Shown: positions 55,549 to 64,000 of the stretch, piece by piece | How the letters are laid out: each line of letters starts with the position of its first letter | How positions within the stretch are numbered: position 1 is the first letter of the stretch | Assembly: GCA_016212885.1 (NCBI GenBank) | Contig: JACRDO010000162.1 | Span: 4,985-68,984 of the forward strand | Source: Elusimicrobiota bacterium | GTDB lineage: Bacteria > Elusimicrobiota > Elusimicrobia > UBA1565 | Reading direction: 5' to 3' | DNA length: 64,000 nucleotides | Notes under the pieces: model-generated | The model's database searches: none | The model's input: the letters and a program-made list of their open reading frames with translations, nothing else | Told to the model about the DNA's origin: nothing | Made by a program: the position numbers and the translations under genes

Positions 55549-57207
55549 ATGAAGCTCAAGCTCCTGCGCGGGCGGAAAGGCTCGGTCCTCCTGGAGACGG
55601 TCGTTTCCATCGTCATCATGACCGTGGTGTCGCTGGCCCTCATCGGCATGGTGCAGAAGGCCATGATCGTATCCTTCAAGGCGCGGGAGCAGATGACCTG
55701 CGAGCGCATGTCGCAGGCGTCGTTCTCGCGGCTGAAGAACATCGACTTCTACTTTCTTTTCGCGGCGGACAGCTCCCAGGCGAACTACGGCCTTTGGGCC
55801 GCCTACCCCTATAAGGCCGCGCTCGACGGGATCCTGGGCGCCTTGCGCGCCTCCAAGTTCGATCGCTTGCGCGTGACGGTCAAGTTCATGCGGCGCGATG
55901 CCTCGGACGCGAACGCCGACGGGCTGACCTCGGACCTCATCGAGTTCGCGGACAACAACGGCGACAAGATCGACGACTACGACTCAAACATCAAGTATTA
56001 TGACCAGAACGCCGACAGCGACTTCTATGATGCCTATACCTCGGGCGGGCGCTTGGTGGCCGAGCAGCCCGACACCCACATGAAGAGGGTCACCGTGGAT
56101 ATATTCCGTGGAAGCCGGCTCGCCTGCTCGCACACGGAGCTCATCTCTCTGGAGCAGTTCACCGGGGCCCCGAACCCGTCGAGCGAGGCCGCTTTGAACC
56201 TGCTGGTCTCGACTCCAACGAACAACGCCTATCTCTACCAGGCGCTGAGCGCGGCGCAGATCGCGGCCCTCGCCCTGGCCATCGCGAAATCCTATCCGCC
56301 GGAAATCCGCCAATTCCGGGCCGACACGGGGGGTTCCCTGGCCATCGCCGGCGAGACGGACCCGCTCGCCACGGTCAATTTCTACGTGGGGGGCTCCGGG
56401 ATTCTGGCCAGCGCGGCTGCGGACGCGTCCGGCGTCTTCTCAAGCAACCCCCCGGCGGTGACCGCCGCTTTCGTGGAGGGAGAGAACACGCTGACCGCGC
56501 AGGCGGCCAAAGACGGCTACATCTCCCCGATCACCCGCCGCAGCCTCCTTTTGGATATCCAAGCGCCGGTCGCCTCCGGAGCGGTCCCCGCGGGCACGGT
56601 CAACACGCTGTCGCCCTACGTGGCGGTGACGCTGAGCGACCCCGGCGCGTCCACCACAACGACGAGCGGCATCTGCCCCGACGTCATCACGCTCAAGCTC
56701 AACGGCCAAACCGCCAACCATCAGTTCAACGCTTCCGCCGGGGCCGTGGTCCTCATCGACTCGGTGACCGAGACCGTGCCGGTGCTCAGCACCGGCGCCT
56801 ACACGGCCGTGGTCGAGGCCGGCGACTACGCCGGATACAAGACGAGCGCGGCCTGGACTTTCACCGTGGCCCTTCCGGGGACGGACCACTCGGCTCCCAG
56901 CGTGGCGAACAAGTCCCCCATCGGCATGGCGCCCTCCCAGCTTCCGGAGATATCGGTGCGGGTCTTCGACAACCAGACTGGCATCATCACCTCGAGTATC
57001 CTCATGAAGGTGGACGGCTCCGTGGTCGTCAGCTCCGCCAACGTCGCCTCGGCCTACGACCCCTCCGACGGCACGGTCTCCTACACGCCGCCCTCGCCGT
57101 TCAATTCCGGCAGCGACCACACGGTGGAGATCCAGGCCAGCCACTGGGCCACGGATCCTGCGGACAAGATCGCGTCCATCGACACCTGGGGCTTCAGCGT
57201 CCCATGA
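55549..57207 (+). CDS. Large type IV pilin-like protein with Ig-like C-terminal domains
   Basis: Prepilin-like RKG|SVLLE plus hydrophobic helix; Asp-rich DxNxDG loops; beta-rich Ig-like repeats. Confidence 0.7.
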   Translation: MKLKLLRGRKGSVLLETVVSIVIMTVVSLALIGMVQKAMIVSFKAREQMTCERMSQASFSRLKNIDFYFLFAADSSQANYGLWAAYPYKAALDGILGALRASKFDRLRVTVKFMRRDASDANADGLTSDLIEFADNNGDKIDDYDSNIKYYDQNADSDFYDAYTSGGRLVAEQPDTHMKRVTVDIFRGSRLACSHTELISLEQFTGAPNPSSEAALNLLVSTPTNNAYLYQALSAAQIAALALAIAKSYPPEIRQFRADTGGSLAIAGETDPLATVNFYVGGSGILASAAADASGVFSSNPPAVTAAFVEGENTLTAQAAKDGYISPITRRSLLLDIQAPVASGAVPAGTVNTLSPYVAVTLSDPGASTTTTSGICPDVITLKLNGQTANHQFNASAGAVVLIDSVTETVPVLSTGAYTAVVEAGDYAGYKTSAAWTFTVALPGTDHSAPSVANKSPIGMAPSQLPEISVRVFDNQTGIITSSILMKVDGSVVVSSANVASAYDPSDGTVSYTPPSPFNSGSDHTVEIQASHWATDPADKIASIDTWGFSVP

Positions 57208-58004
57208 GATGGAGCCGCGGGTGGACTCTGACCGAACTCCTGGTCGGCATGGCGATCATGGCCGTTGCGTGCGCCGCGTTCGCCTCGCTGCTCAAGTACG
57301 TGATGCGCGCGACCACGGGGGTCCGCGCGCAGGGCGAGGCGCAGGAGGAGGCGCGCCAGGCTCTTATGAAGGTGGAGGAGGCGCTCGCGCACGCCAACGA
57401 GATCCGGGTGGCTTCGAATACGTTCGTCGAATTCGTCGTGGACTTGGATCAGTCGCCGAACTACAACCCGGACGGCGACATGGACGGCGACGGGATTCCC
57501 GACTACCGCGACGCGGACCGCGACAGCGACGCGAGCCTGCTGATGCCGGCGACCGCGCAGTGGCGCGCCGGGTTCAATCTCCAGGACGACGACGAGGACG
57601 GCGACGGGAAGATCGACGTCATGAGGAGGCTCTGGTGGGACAAGCCGGAGCGCAAGCTCTACCTGGACATGAGCCTCGACGAAGAGGCTTGGGGCGGGCG
57701 GCGGCAACTCGCGGCGCAGAACGTCTCGACCTTTACGCTGACCTATTTCGGCAGCAAAGCCAACGCGCTCGGCCGCCTCATCGACTTAAACGGGGATGGC
57801 GACGTCGCCTTCGACGAGATGGACCGCGCCGTTCCGACGACAGGCATGGGCAACAACAACGGCGCACTGGACCTGGCGAACGAACGGAGATATATTACCT
57901 ATGTCCGCATCTATCTCGGCATGGACAAGAACCGGGACGGGAAAAACGAGTATGTGGTGGAGACCGATGTCTATCCTCCGCTCTTGCCGCTCAAGAGCCG
58001 CTAA
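57204..58004 (+). CDS. Minor pilin (PilW/PulJ-like) with DxDGDG Ca-binding-type loops
   Basis: RG|WTLTELLVGMAI; DMDGDG, DEDGDG, DLNGDG, DKNRDG. Confidence 0.8.
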   Translation: MRWSRGWTLTELLVGMAIMAVACAAFASLLKYVMRATTGVRAQGEAQEEARQALMKVEEALAHANEIRVASNTFVEFVVDLDQSPNYNPDGDMDGDGIPDYRDADRDSDASLLMPATAQWRAGFNLQDDDEDGDGKIDVMRRLWWDKPERKLYLDMSLDEEAWGGRRQLAAQNVSTFTLTYFGSKANALGRLIDLNGDGDVAFDEMDRAVPTTGMGNNNGALDLANERRYITYVRIYLGMDKNRDGKNEYVVETDVYPPLLPLKSR

Positions 58005-59226
58005 CGGGCAGGCGCTGGTCATGGCGCTGATGCTCCTGCTGGTCTCCCTGCCGGTCGGGATCTACTTCTACAAGTACGCGAGCCAGCTGATCAAGTCGAC
58101 CATGGCGGAGCGCCGGCAGAAGACCGCCGCGGAGATCGCCAACAGCGCGCTGACCGACTACTTCCGCCAATTCTCCCAGGATCCCTACAACGGCCACTAC
58201 GACACGGACTCTCTCAGCCGTCCCGAGACCTTTTACTCGGCCGGCTATTCCACGGTCACCTTCATCCCGGACCAGGTCAACCGGACCCTCTATCTCAAGG
58301 CCAAGGGGGTCTACGGCACGCCGAGCCGGCCGCTCACCACGAAAATCCTGGAAGCGCTGGTCCAGTTCTCCTCGGACCTCGTGCAGTACGGCACGATGGT
58401 CAACGGGGCGTTCACCGTCAGCGCGAGCAACGTGACCTACCTCGGAGGCTTCTACACGAACGGGAACCTTTCCGTGACCGGCGCCAACGTCCGTTTCAAT
58501 GGAGGCCCGGTCGTGGTCAACGGCAACCTCTCCGGGGCCGCCACGGTCGTCATCGACGGGGACCTCTTTTACAGCGGGACCAGCGCAGGGAGCGTCACCG
58601 TTCTGGGCAACAAATACAACTACATCCCGGCCGTGGCCTGGCCGGCCCTGAACTTCCAGTATTACGACGCGCACTACACCTACAAGACCACCACGGCCCA
58701 GACCATCGTGCTGAACTCGACGGGCACCTTCACCGTGGTCGGCGGGGCGACCTACGCGATCCCGGCCAACGGCGCCATCATCTACGGAGAGAACACGAAC
58801 CTCACGGTGCGCGGGATCGTCAGCGGGCGCGTGAGCGTCGTGGCGGGCGCCTCCTCGACCGGGAACTGCTCCTCCGGCACGGGAAAGATCACCGTAAGCG
58901 ACAACCTCTATTACGTCGGCGCCAGTTCCATCGCGGCGAGCCCCACGGCGTCCTTTGCCGCGCTCGCGCGCAATTGCGTCAGGTTCTCCAAGACCGGCGC
59001 GAACCTGCTGGTTGCGGGCACCTACTTCGTGGAGCAGGGCACGACAAACATGCAGCTGAGCGGCTCCACGGGGATGAAGTTCTGGCTCTACGGGGTGCGG
59101 ACCCAGGGCATCTCGGTCTCGGGATTTACGGGCGGCATCTACCTCACCTACGACGTCAACCTGCGTTCCTACCAGCCTCCGGGCCTGCCCGAGAAGGCTC
59201 TGCTGGTCGATTGGAATCTGCACTAG
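57967..59226 (+). CDS. PilX/PulK-like minor pilin
   Basis: G|QALVMAL (no Glu5, as in PilX/GspK); YTNG.L, YD..L....PPG C-terminus. Confidence 0.72.
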   Translation: MSILRSCRSRAANGQALVMALMLLLVSLPVGIYFYKYASQLIKSTMAERRQKTAAEIANSALTDYFRQFSQDPYNGHYDTDSLSRPETFYSAGYSTVTFIPDQVNRTLYLKAKGVYGTPSRPLTTKILEALVQFSSDLVQYGTMVNGAFTVSASNVTYLGGFYTNGNLSVTGANVRFNGGPVVVNGNLSGAATVVIDGDLFYSGTSAGSVTVLGNKYNYIPAVAWPALNFQYYDAHYTYKTTTAQTIVLNSTGTFTVVGGATYAIPANGAIIYGENTNLTVRGIVSGRVSVVAGASSTGNCSSGTGKITVSDNLYYVGASSIAASPTASFAALARNCVRFSKTGANLLVAGTYFVEQGTTNMQLSGSTGMKFWLYGVRTQGISVSGFTGGIYLTYDVNLRSYQPPGLPEKALLVDWNLH

Positions 59227-59871
59227 TATACACGACAGTAAGTTCGCCAATGGTTTTTGAGGCATCAAAATCATGACCCGAAACGCATTCTGCCCCCAAC
59301 AGATCGACCGGACCCCGCGGGGGTCCGGTCGTTGCGCCTCGCATGCGACCGCGAGGCGCTTTGACGGCAAGATGGATTCCAGTTAGCGAACGATGCTGCC
59401 TTTGAAGTTCCTAATGGCGTATCGAACTTCCCAGACGACGTAGGTTCGATACGTCCAAACCTACGCCGTTTGGAAAGTTTGGACGACTTGTCGACAGAAA
59501 AGACCTGTTCCCATCAGCGCTTTTTCACATTTCACTTGCAGCGCTGAAGGTCCGAACAAATAAAGCCTGAAATAATCGTCACTTTTCTTCAAACAGGTCG
59601 CCATCTCCCCAGTGGCAATCCGCACAAAACCAGAAGCTGATTGAGCGCATCGAATTTCAGCCCGACTTTTTTGAGGCTGACATACACGGCAATGAATTCG
59701 CCGCGGTTTTTGAGTCATGAAAGCGAGCTTCGCGGTCGCATAGCGAACGCGAAGCCCCGGCGTCCTCCCCACGGGGGGACGCCGGTTCCGTGGGGGGATG
59801 ACTGTGGGCGCAGTTCTCCGGAATTGGTTCGATCATGAAACTGTCGGCGAACTTACCGCCGCGTATGCTAG
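59223..59871. mobile_element. MITE-like composite bounded by imperfect terminal inverted repeats and CTAG
   Basis: 59223-59256 vs reverse complement of 59838-59871 matches at 27/34, all mismatches transitions, both starting CTAG. A third copy begins at 59681. GC hairpins at 59305-59331 and 59757-59785. Confidence 0.65.
59404..59485. repeat. REP/BIME-like doublet of inverted palindromic units
   Basis: CGTATCGAAC-N16-GTTCGATACG and CGTCCAAAC-N16-GTTTGGACG, with mutually complementary 16-nt loops. Confidence 0.75.
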
Positions 59872-61490
59872 AAAAGGTAGTCCGTGTTCAGGAAGCGCGA
59901 GTGCCTGCCGCGGATTATCTCCCGGACGAGCGCGACGTTCTCAGGGGTCTCCTTGGCCGCCACGATGGTCCTGATGGAAAAGACCCTCAAGGCGTCGGTG
60001 ATGGACAGCGTCCCCTCGGCGGAATCCTTCCTGCCTCCGAAAGGATAGGTGTCCGGGCCGCGGCGGCATTGGCTGTTGACGTTGACCCGGCAGACTTGGT
60101 TGACCATGGCGTCCACGAGCCGGCCCGTCGCCTTGGGGTCTTTGCCGAAGATCGAGGCTTGCTGGCCGTAGGGCGATTCGGCAAGGTAATCGAGCGCCTC
60201 GTCGGGCTCGTCATATGGAGCGATGGCCACGATCGGGCCGAACTGCTCCTCTTCCCAGAGCCTCATGCCTTTCTTGACCGGGTAGACGACGGCCGGATGA
60301 AAGTAGGTATGGTCGGATTTCCCGCCTCCGGCGTTGCGCACGCGGGCGCCTTTGGCGAGCGCATCCGCGACGTATTCGGATATCCTTTCGACTTCCCTCA
60401 TCTCGGGCAGCGGGGTCAGGAAGGTTTTGTCCATGAAGGGCATGCCGCGGGGCAAGGCGTTGACCGCCTCGCAGACGGCCGACACGAATTTCTCGGCCAT
60501 GGGCCGGTGAACGAAGATGATCTTGAGGGCGGTGCAGCGCTGGCCGTTGAATGTGAGCGCGCCTGCGACGATCTCCCTCACGGTCGGTTCCATGTCCGCG
60601 TCCGGGAGCACGACTGCCGGATTTTTGGCGCCCAAGCCCAGGATGCAGCGCAGCCTGTTGGCCTTGGGATGGGCTTTTTTGAGGATGTTGGCGACCTTGG
60701 GCGAGCCGATGAATGCGAGCAAATCCACCTTGCCTGACTGGATTATGGGCGTCACCACGGTCGCCCCGTCGCCGCCTATGATGTTGACCACCCCGGGCGG
60801 GAAAGACTGCGCGAATGCCTCCAGCAGGGGCAGGTTGCACAGCATGCCCAGCCTTGGAAGCTTTACGATGACGGTGTTCCCCATTATCAGCGCGGGAAGA
60901 AGCGTCGTGAATGTCTCATTGAACGGATAGTTGTAGGGCCCCATGCACAGCGCCACCCCGTAAGGCGAACGCCGTATCTGCGCCAAAAAGCCCGAGTTGA
61001 GAGCGAAGCGCGATGCGTCGCGGTCCAGGTTTTTGAGCGCCGCGACCGTGTCGCGGCCGTAGGCAACGGTGCGGTCGTACTCGGCCAGGGAGTCTTCCCA
61101 TGTTTTTCCGATTTCCCAGCACAAAAGCCTGCCGGCCTCTATTCTTTTTTCCTCCATCCGTTTGAGGAAAGTCTCAACGCACCTGATGCGGTCGGTTACG
61201 CCGGCGGTCGGCCATTCCCCCCGGCCGGCGTCGTAGGCTTTGGCCGCGGCCTCCACGGCCTCTTTAGCCGCGTCTGCGCTCAGGAGAGCGAATTTCCCGA
61301 GGTTCCTGGGTTCAAGTTCCGCGCCGGCGCGTTCATGCACGGGGGAGAGGACGTCGCAATTCGTCCCCTTCCATCCCCTTACTTCGCCTGCGACAAGATA
61401 GCGGAGCCCGCCGTTGTAGACTCCCGGATCGCGATCTCTCGGGGCCGGGGTCCACTCGATTGCCGCCGCGTCTTGTTCCTTTGCGATCAT
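59868..61490 (-). CDS. Aldehyde dehydrogenase, probably non-phosphorylating NADP-GAPDH (GapN-like)
   Basis: GPYNYPFNE, FIGS, LGLGAKN, FNGQRCTA, EEQFGP, RGPD.YPFGGRKDS..GT. Confidence 0.85.
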   Translation of the reverse strand: MIAKEQDAAAIEWTPAPRDRDPGVYNGGLRYLVAGEVRGWKGTNCDVLSPVHERAGAELEPRNLGKFALLSADAAKEAVEAAAKAYDAGRGEWPTAGVTDRIRCVETFLKRMEEKRIEAGRLLCWEIGKTWEDSLAEYDRTVAYGRDTVAALKNLDRDASRFALNSGFLAQIRRSPYGVALCMGPYNYPFNETFTTLLPALIMGNTVIVKLPRLGMLCNLPLLEAFAQSFPPGVVNIIGGDGATVVTPIIQSGKVDLLAFIGSPKVANILKKAHPKANRLRCILGLGAKNPAVVLPDADMEPTVREIVAGALTFNGQRCTALKIIFVHRPMAEKFVSAVCEAVNALPRGMPFMDKTFLTPLPEMREVERISEYVADALAKGARVRNAGGGKSDHTYFHPAVVYPVKKGMRLWEEEQFGPIVAIAPYDEPDEALDYLAESPYGQQASIFGKDPKATGRLVDAMVNQVCRVNVNSQCRRGPDTYPFGGRKDSAEGTLSITDALRVFSIRTIVAAKETPENVALVREIIRGRHSRFLNTDYLF

Positions 61491-63388
61491 TGTTTGAGCC
61501 TCCGCGCGAAATGTTCCGCGATAGCGGCGCCGCAGCGTCCTGTCGCGTAAAGCGCCCAGCGTTTTTGCCAAAGGTTGGATTCCTCGAAGCTCAATGTGTG
61601 CGCCGAGTAGCGCATCTGCCCTATCAAGAGCTGCAGGCTGTCCCGGTCCGAGTGTATCAGCTCCGGATAGAAGGAGCGCAGCATGCGGATGGCCTCATAA
61701 GCCCGCTGGAATTGCCGGTTTTTGAAGCGCGCGGCCGGTTGTTTGGCCGGCGGCTTGCCGATGTCCTCGACGGCCATCAGATGATCGCTCAGACGCGCAG
61801 CCTCGCCCAATTCCGCCGCGGACCGGACAGGCGTAAAGATGTAGAGCAGGTCGTTTTCGAGCTTTATCAAATCCTTGAGTATGTGCCCCCTGTGGGTGTG
61901 AAAAAAGTCGATGAGCCAGACGTTTTCGCGCGAGTCGATGATGATGTTGGCGCCGTTCAAGTCCCCGTGGACATAGGCGAAGCGGGCCGCGCCCTGGGCG
62001 ATGGGGAGGAGCCTTTCCAGATCGCGCACGTAAAAATGATAGGGGTTCGGGCATCGTACGCCGCCCGGGAGCTTGAGCTCTTTTGCGGCCGCGTCTTCGC
62101 CGACAAGCTCCTTCGCGCACGTCTTGATCCTTGCCGCCATGTCGGGCCTGAATCCGTAGTACTCGAGGAGATTGCATTTCTCCGTCTTGCCTGCCTGGTA
62201 GAGCCTGCCCAGCTGTTCATGGAAAACCGCTTCGAGGTAGGCGCGGATTTTGGACAAGGGAACGCCGGCGCAGTAGATCTTTTGGAAAGTCGTTGATTTC
62301 CCGGGCCCCATGGCCGCGTATCTGTATTTGATGGCTCCCCTATCCGCGAAATCCGCGTAATCGGCGATCCTTGGCGCGCTGTTGCCGAGGACGGATTCGA
62401 TCCTCTCGAAAGAGGCGCGCTCCCTGCCTATTGGCGCGTGCGGGCCGATTTTGACTACGTGCGGAGCCTGGGCATGGCCGTGGATGTCGGTGCTCTCGGC
62501 GCCCAGGACGACATTTCCTGAGAACCCGCCGTCCAGGGGCCTGCAGCGAAGCTCCTTGGCGTCGCGGAAAAGGTAGCGCAGAAGCCGCGTATCGGCGCCG
62601 GAAAGGCTTGCGGCGCCTTCCATGCAAATCTTCAAGCGCGTCTCCTCGAACGTCCCCAGGGGCAGGGAGCCGGAGTCTCCTCCCAGGAACTCCACGAACT
62701 CGCCGATAGACGCCGCGATCCTGACTCCCAGGATGTTCCGCAGCTGGTCCAACGCCATGAAATGCTGCGCGCGAGACGAGCTCGCCGTCAGGGCGGAGCA
62801 GACCGCTATGTCGAAGTCGGGATATCTGGCCCGCAAATCATAGGCCAGAAAGGTGATTTTGGCCTCTGTCCAGACGCCTATCAAGCCCACCCTGGCCGGT
62901 TTGCCGCGATACGGCTCCAGAACGGATGAGATCCTCGTCCCGATGAAATCGTTGAGGGACATCGAATCCATGATCTCGACGCTTCCGGGCCTGGGCTTGG
63001 GCTCCTGGAATGCGAAATCCGCTCCCCAGGTCAAGGCCAGGCAGTGCTCGCCGAACTGCCGCATGTGCGCCTGCTGTTCGGGGTCCTGCGCATCGTGCCA
63101 GTCGCGGATGTGAATGATCTTAAGCCTGGGCACCTGGCCGTAGGCCCACTGCATCATCCTCACCACCGGCCCTTCAGGGGGATTCTCGCCCATCAGGCGG
63201 GCGGATTCCTCATGGCCTACGTGCAGAAGGTTGGGAAGAGGCTCGAACCTCGCGATGGGCTTTACGAAATCGTTCTGCAGGCATTGGGTGATGAGGATGG
63301 CGGGGATGCCCCCGCCGGCCCGCAGCCGCTTCTCCACGCCAGAGTTATACCGCTTGAGGCTTGGAGTCGTCAAGGGCTGGGTTGACAA
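61487..63388 (-). CDS. Fusion: isochorismatase/nicotinamidase-like domain + APH/TCAD9-like kinase domain
   Basis: QNDF, RDWH, HC...WGADF; GGFSG..V, VVKI, HGDLNGANI, WLIDF. ATGA overlap with the ALDH gene. Confidence 0.8.
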   Translation of the reverse strand: MSTQPLTTPSLKRYNSGVEKRLRAGGGIPAILITQCLQNDFVKPIARFEPLPNLLHVGHEESARLMGENPPEGPVVRMMQWAYGQVPRLKIIHIRDWHDAQDPEQQAHMRQFGEHCLALTWGADFAFQEPKPRPGSVEIMDSMSLNDFIGTRISSVLEPYRGKPARVGLIGVWTEAKITFLAYDLRARYPDFDIAVCSALTASSSRAQHFMALDQLRNILGVRIAASIGEFVEFLGGDSGSLPLGTFEETRLKICMEGAASLSGADTRLLRYLFRDAKELRCRPLDGGFSGNVVLGAESTDIHGHAQAPHVVKIGPHAPIGRERASFERIESVLGNSAPRIADYADFADRGAIKYRYAAMGPGKSTTFQKIYCAGVPLSKIRAYLEAVFHEQLGRLYQAGKTEKCNLLEYYGFRPDMAARIKTCAKELVGEDAAAKELKLPGGVRCPNPYHFYVRDLERLLPIAQGAARFAYVHGDLNGANIIIDSRENVWLIDFFHTHRGHILKDLIKLENDLLYIFTPVRSAAELGEAARLSDHLMAVEDIGKPPAKQPAARFKNRQFQRAYEAIRMLRSFYPELIHSDRDSLQLLIGQMRYSAHTLSFEESNLWQKRWALYATGRCGAAIAEHFARRLKQ

Positions 63389-63426
63389 GTATATGATATC
63401 ATTGGGCTCGGCATCGGAGGATGATC

Positions 63427-64000
63427 ATGGCAGCGAAAACGATCGGCGGGAAAGGGGTCGTCTGGGCGCCGTTCGACTTGATGGAGCGCTTCATGGCGGA
63501 CGTCTTCAAGGGGGTCGGGGTGCCCGAGGAGGACGCGAAGGTCTGCGCGGAGGTGCTCATCACCTCGGACAAGCGCGGCATAGACTCGCACGGCGTGGCG
63601 CGCATGAAGGCGTTCTACTACGACCTCATCAAGGCGGGCATCCAGAAGCCGGTCACGGATTTCGAGGTCGTCCGGGAAGGCCCGACCACAGCGGTCATCG
63701 ACGGCCACAACGGCATGGGGCACTTGATCTCCAAGAAGGCCATGCAGATGTGCATCGACAAGGCCCGCAAGTACGGCATGGGCATGGCCGCTGTGCGCAA
63801 CTCGACGCACTACGGCATCGCGGGCTATTACGTCCTGATGGCCGCGGATGCCGGCATGATCGGCATGACCGGCACCAACGCCCGGCCCTGCGTGGCCCCG
63901 ACCTTCGGCGTCGAGAACATGTTCGGCACAAACCCATTGACCTTCGGCCTGCCCACGGACGAGGAATTCCCCTTCGTCATCGACTGCGCGACCTCGCTGA
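63427..64000 (+). CDS. Ldh_2-family (malate/L-lactate dehydrogenase type 2) oxidoreductase, partial
   Basis: Manual translation: SDKRGIDSHG, DGHNGMG, RNSTHYGIAG, GTNP; GGAGG RBS; runs off the right edge. Confidence 0.92.
   Translation, partial: MAAKTIGGKGVVWAPFDLMERFMADVFKGVGVPEEDAKVCAEVLITSDKRGIDSHGVARMKAFYYDLIKAGIQKPVTDFEVVREGPTTAVIDGHNGMGHLISKKAMQMCIDKARKYGMGMAAVRNSTHYGIAGYYVLMAADAGMIGMTGTNARPCVAPTFGVENMFGTNPLTFGLPTDEEFPFVIDCATSL

Noticed and set aside
59688..59703. Sigma-54 promoter-like GG-N10-GC on the minus strand
   Set aside because: It is part of the terminal repeat, the match is lost in the 59227 copy, and there is no downstream gene to drive.
59341..59741. Single approximately 400-nt ncRNA closed by the 59343/59741 helix
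   Set aside because: The closing helix is explained more simply by two inverted copies of the MITE-like unit. No hammerhead, group I/II intron, tmRNA or RNase P motif was recognised. Kept only as an alternative hypothesis.
59461..59772. 103-aa minus-strand ORF
   Set aside because: It runs through inverted repeats and hairpins, with no RBS or recognisable motif.
1..64000. CRISPR array, rRNA, tRNA, tmRNA, RNase P
   Set aside because: No regularly spaced repeat-spacer series and none of the conserved signatures were seen by eye. A covariance-model scan was not run.

Overview
High-GC bacterial chromosome segment. The gene content (TPR-TM-Ser/Thr kinase, WD40-caspase, large minor pilins) suggests Elusimicrobiota or a similar environmental lineage, but that is inference only. 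3.3-31.1 kb is a split type II FAS/PKS lipid cluster with an aryl-polyene (APE)-type core: 2 ACPs, AMP ligase-dehydratase fusion, ammonia lyase, 2 KAS + chain-length factor, FabG, dehydratase, LolA-like, MMPL, DUF3261-like and 2 acyltransferases. It also carries four radical SAM domains (three B12-binding, two of them in one ORF), a hydrolase-rSAM fusion and a deacetylase-methyltransferase-GT2-DUF2062 fusion, and it is interrupted by an envelope/WD40-caspase block. The rest holds two type II TA modules (one packaged as an attC-bounded, integron-type cassette), an ECF sigma module, a secreted protein frameshifted at a G8 tract, phosphate and glycogen genes, a TCS plus diguanylate cyclase, three pilin-like genes and GAPN/Ldh2 genes. 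The 59.2-59.9 kb intergenic region is a CTAG-flanked, inverted-repeat-bounded MITE-like composite. Its core palindromic repeat also appears as an in-frame insertion in the AMP-ligase gene at about 29.15 kb. No rRNA, tRNA, CRISPR array, integrase or transposase was recognised. All family calls are from motif reading, not database searches.
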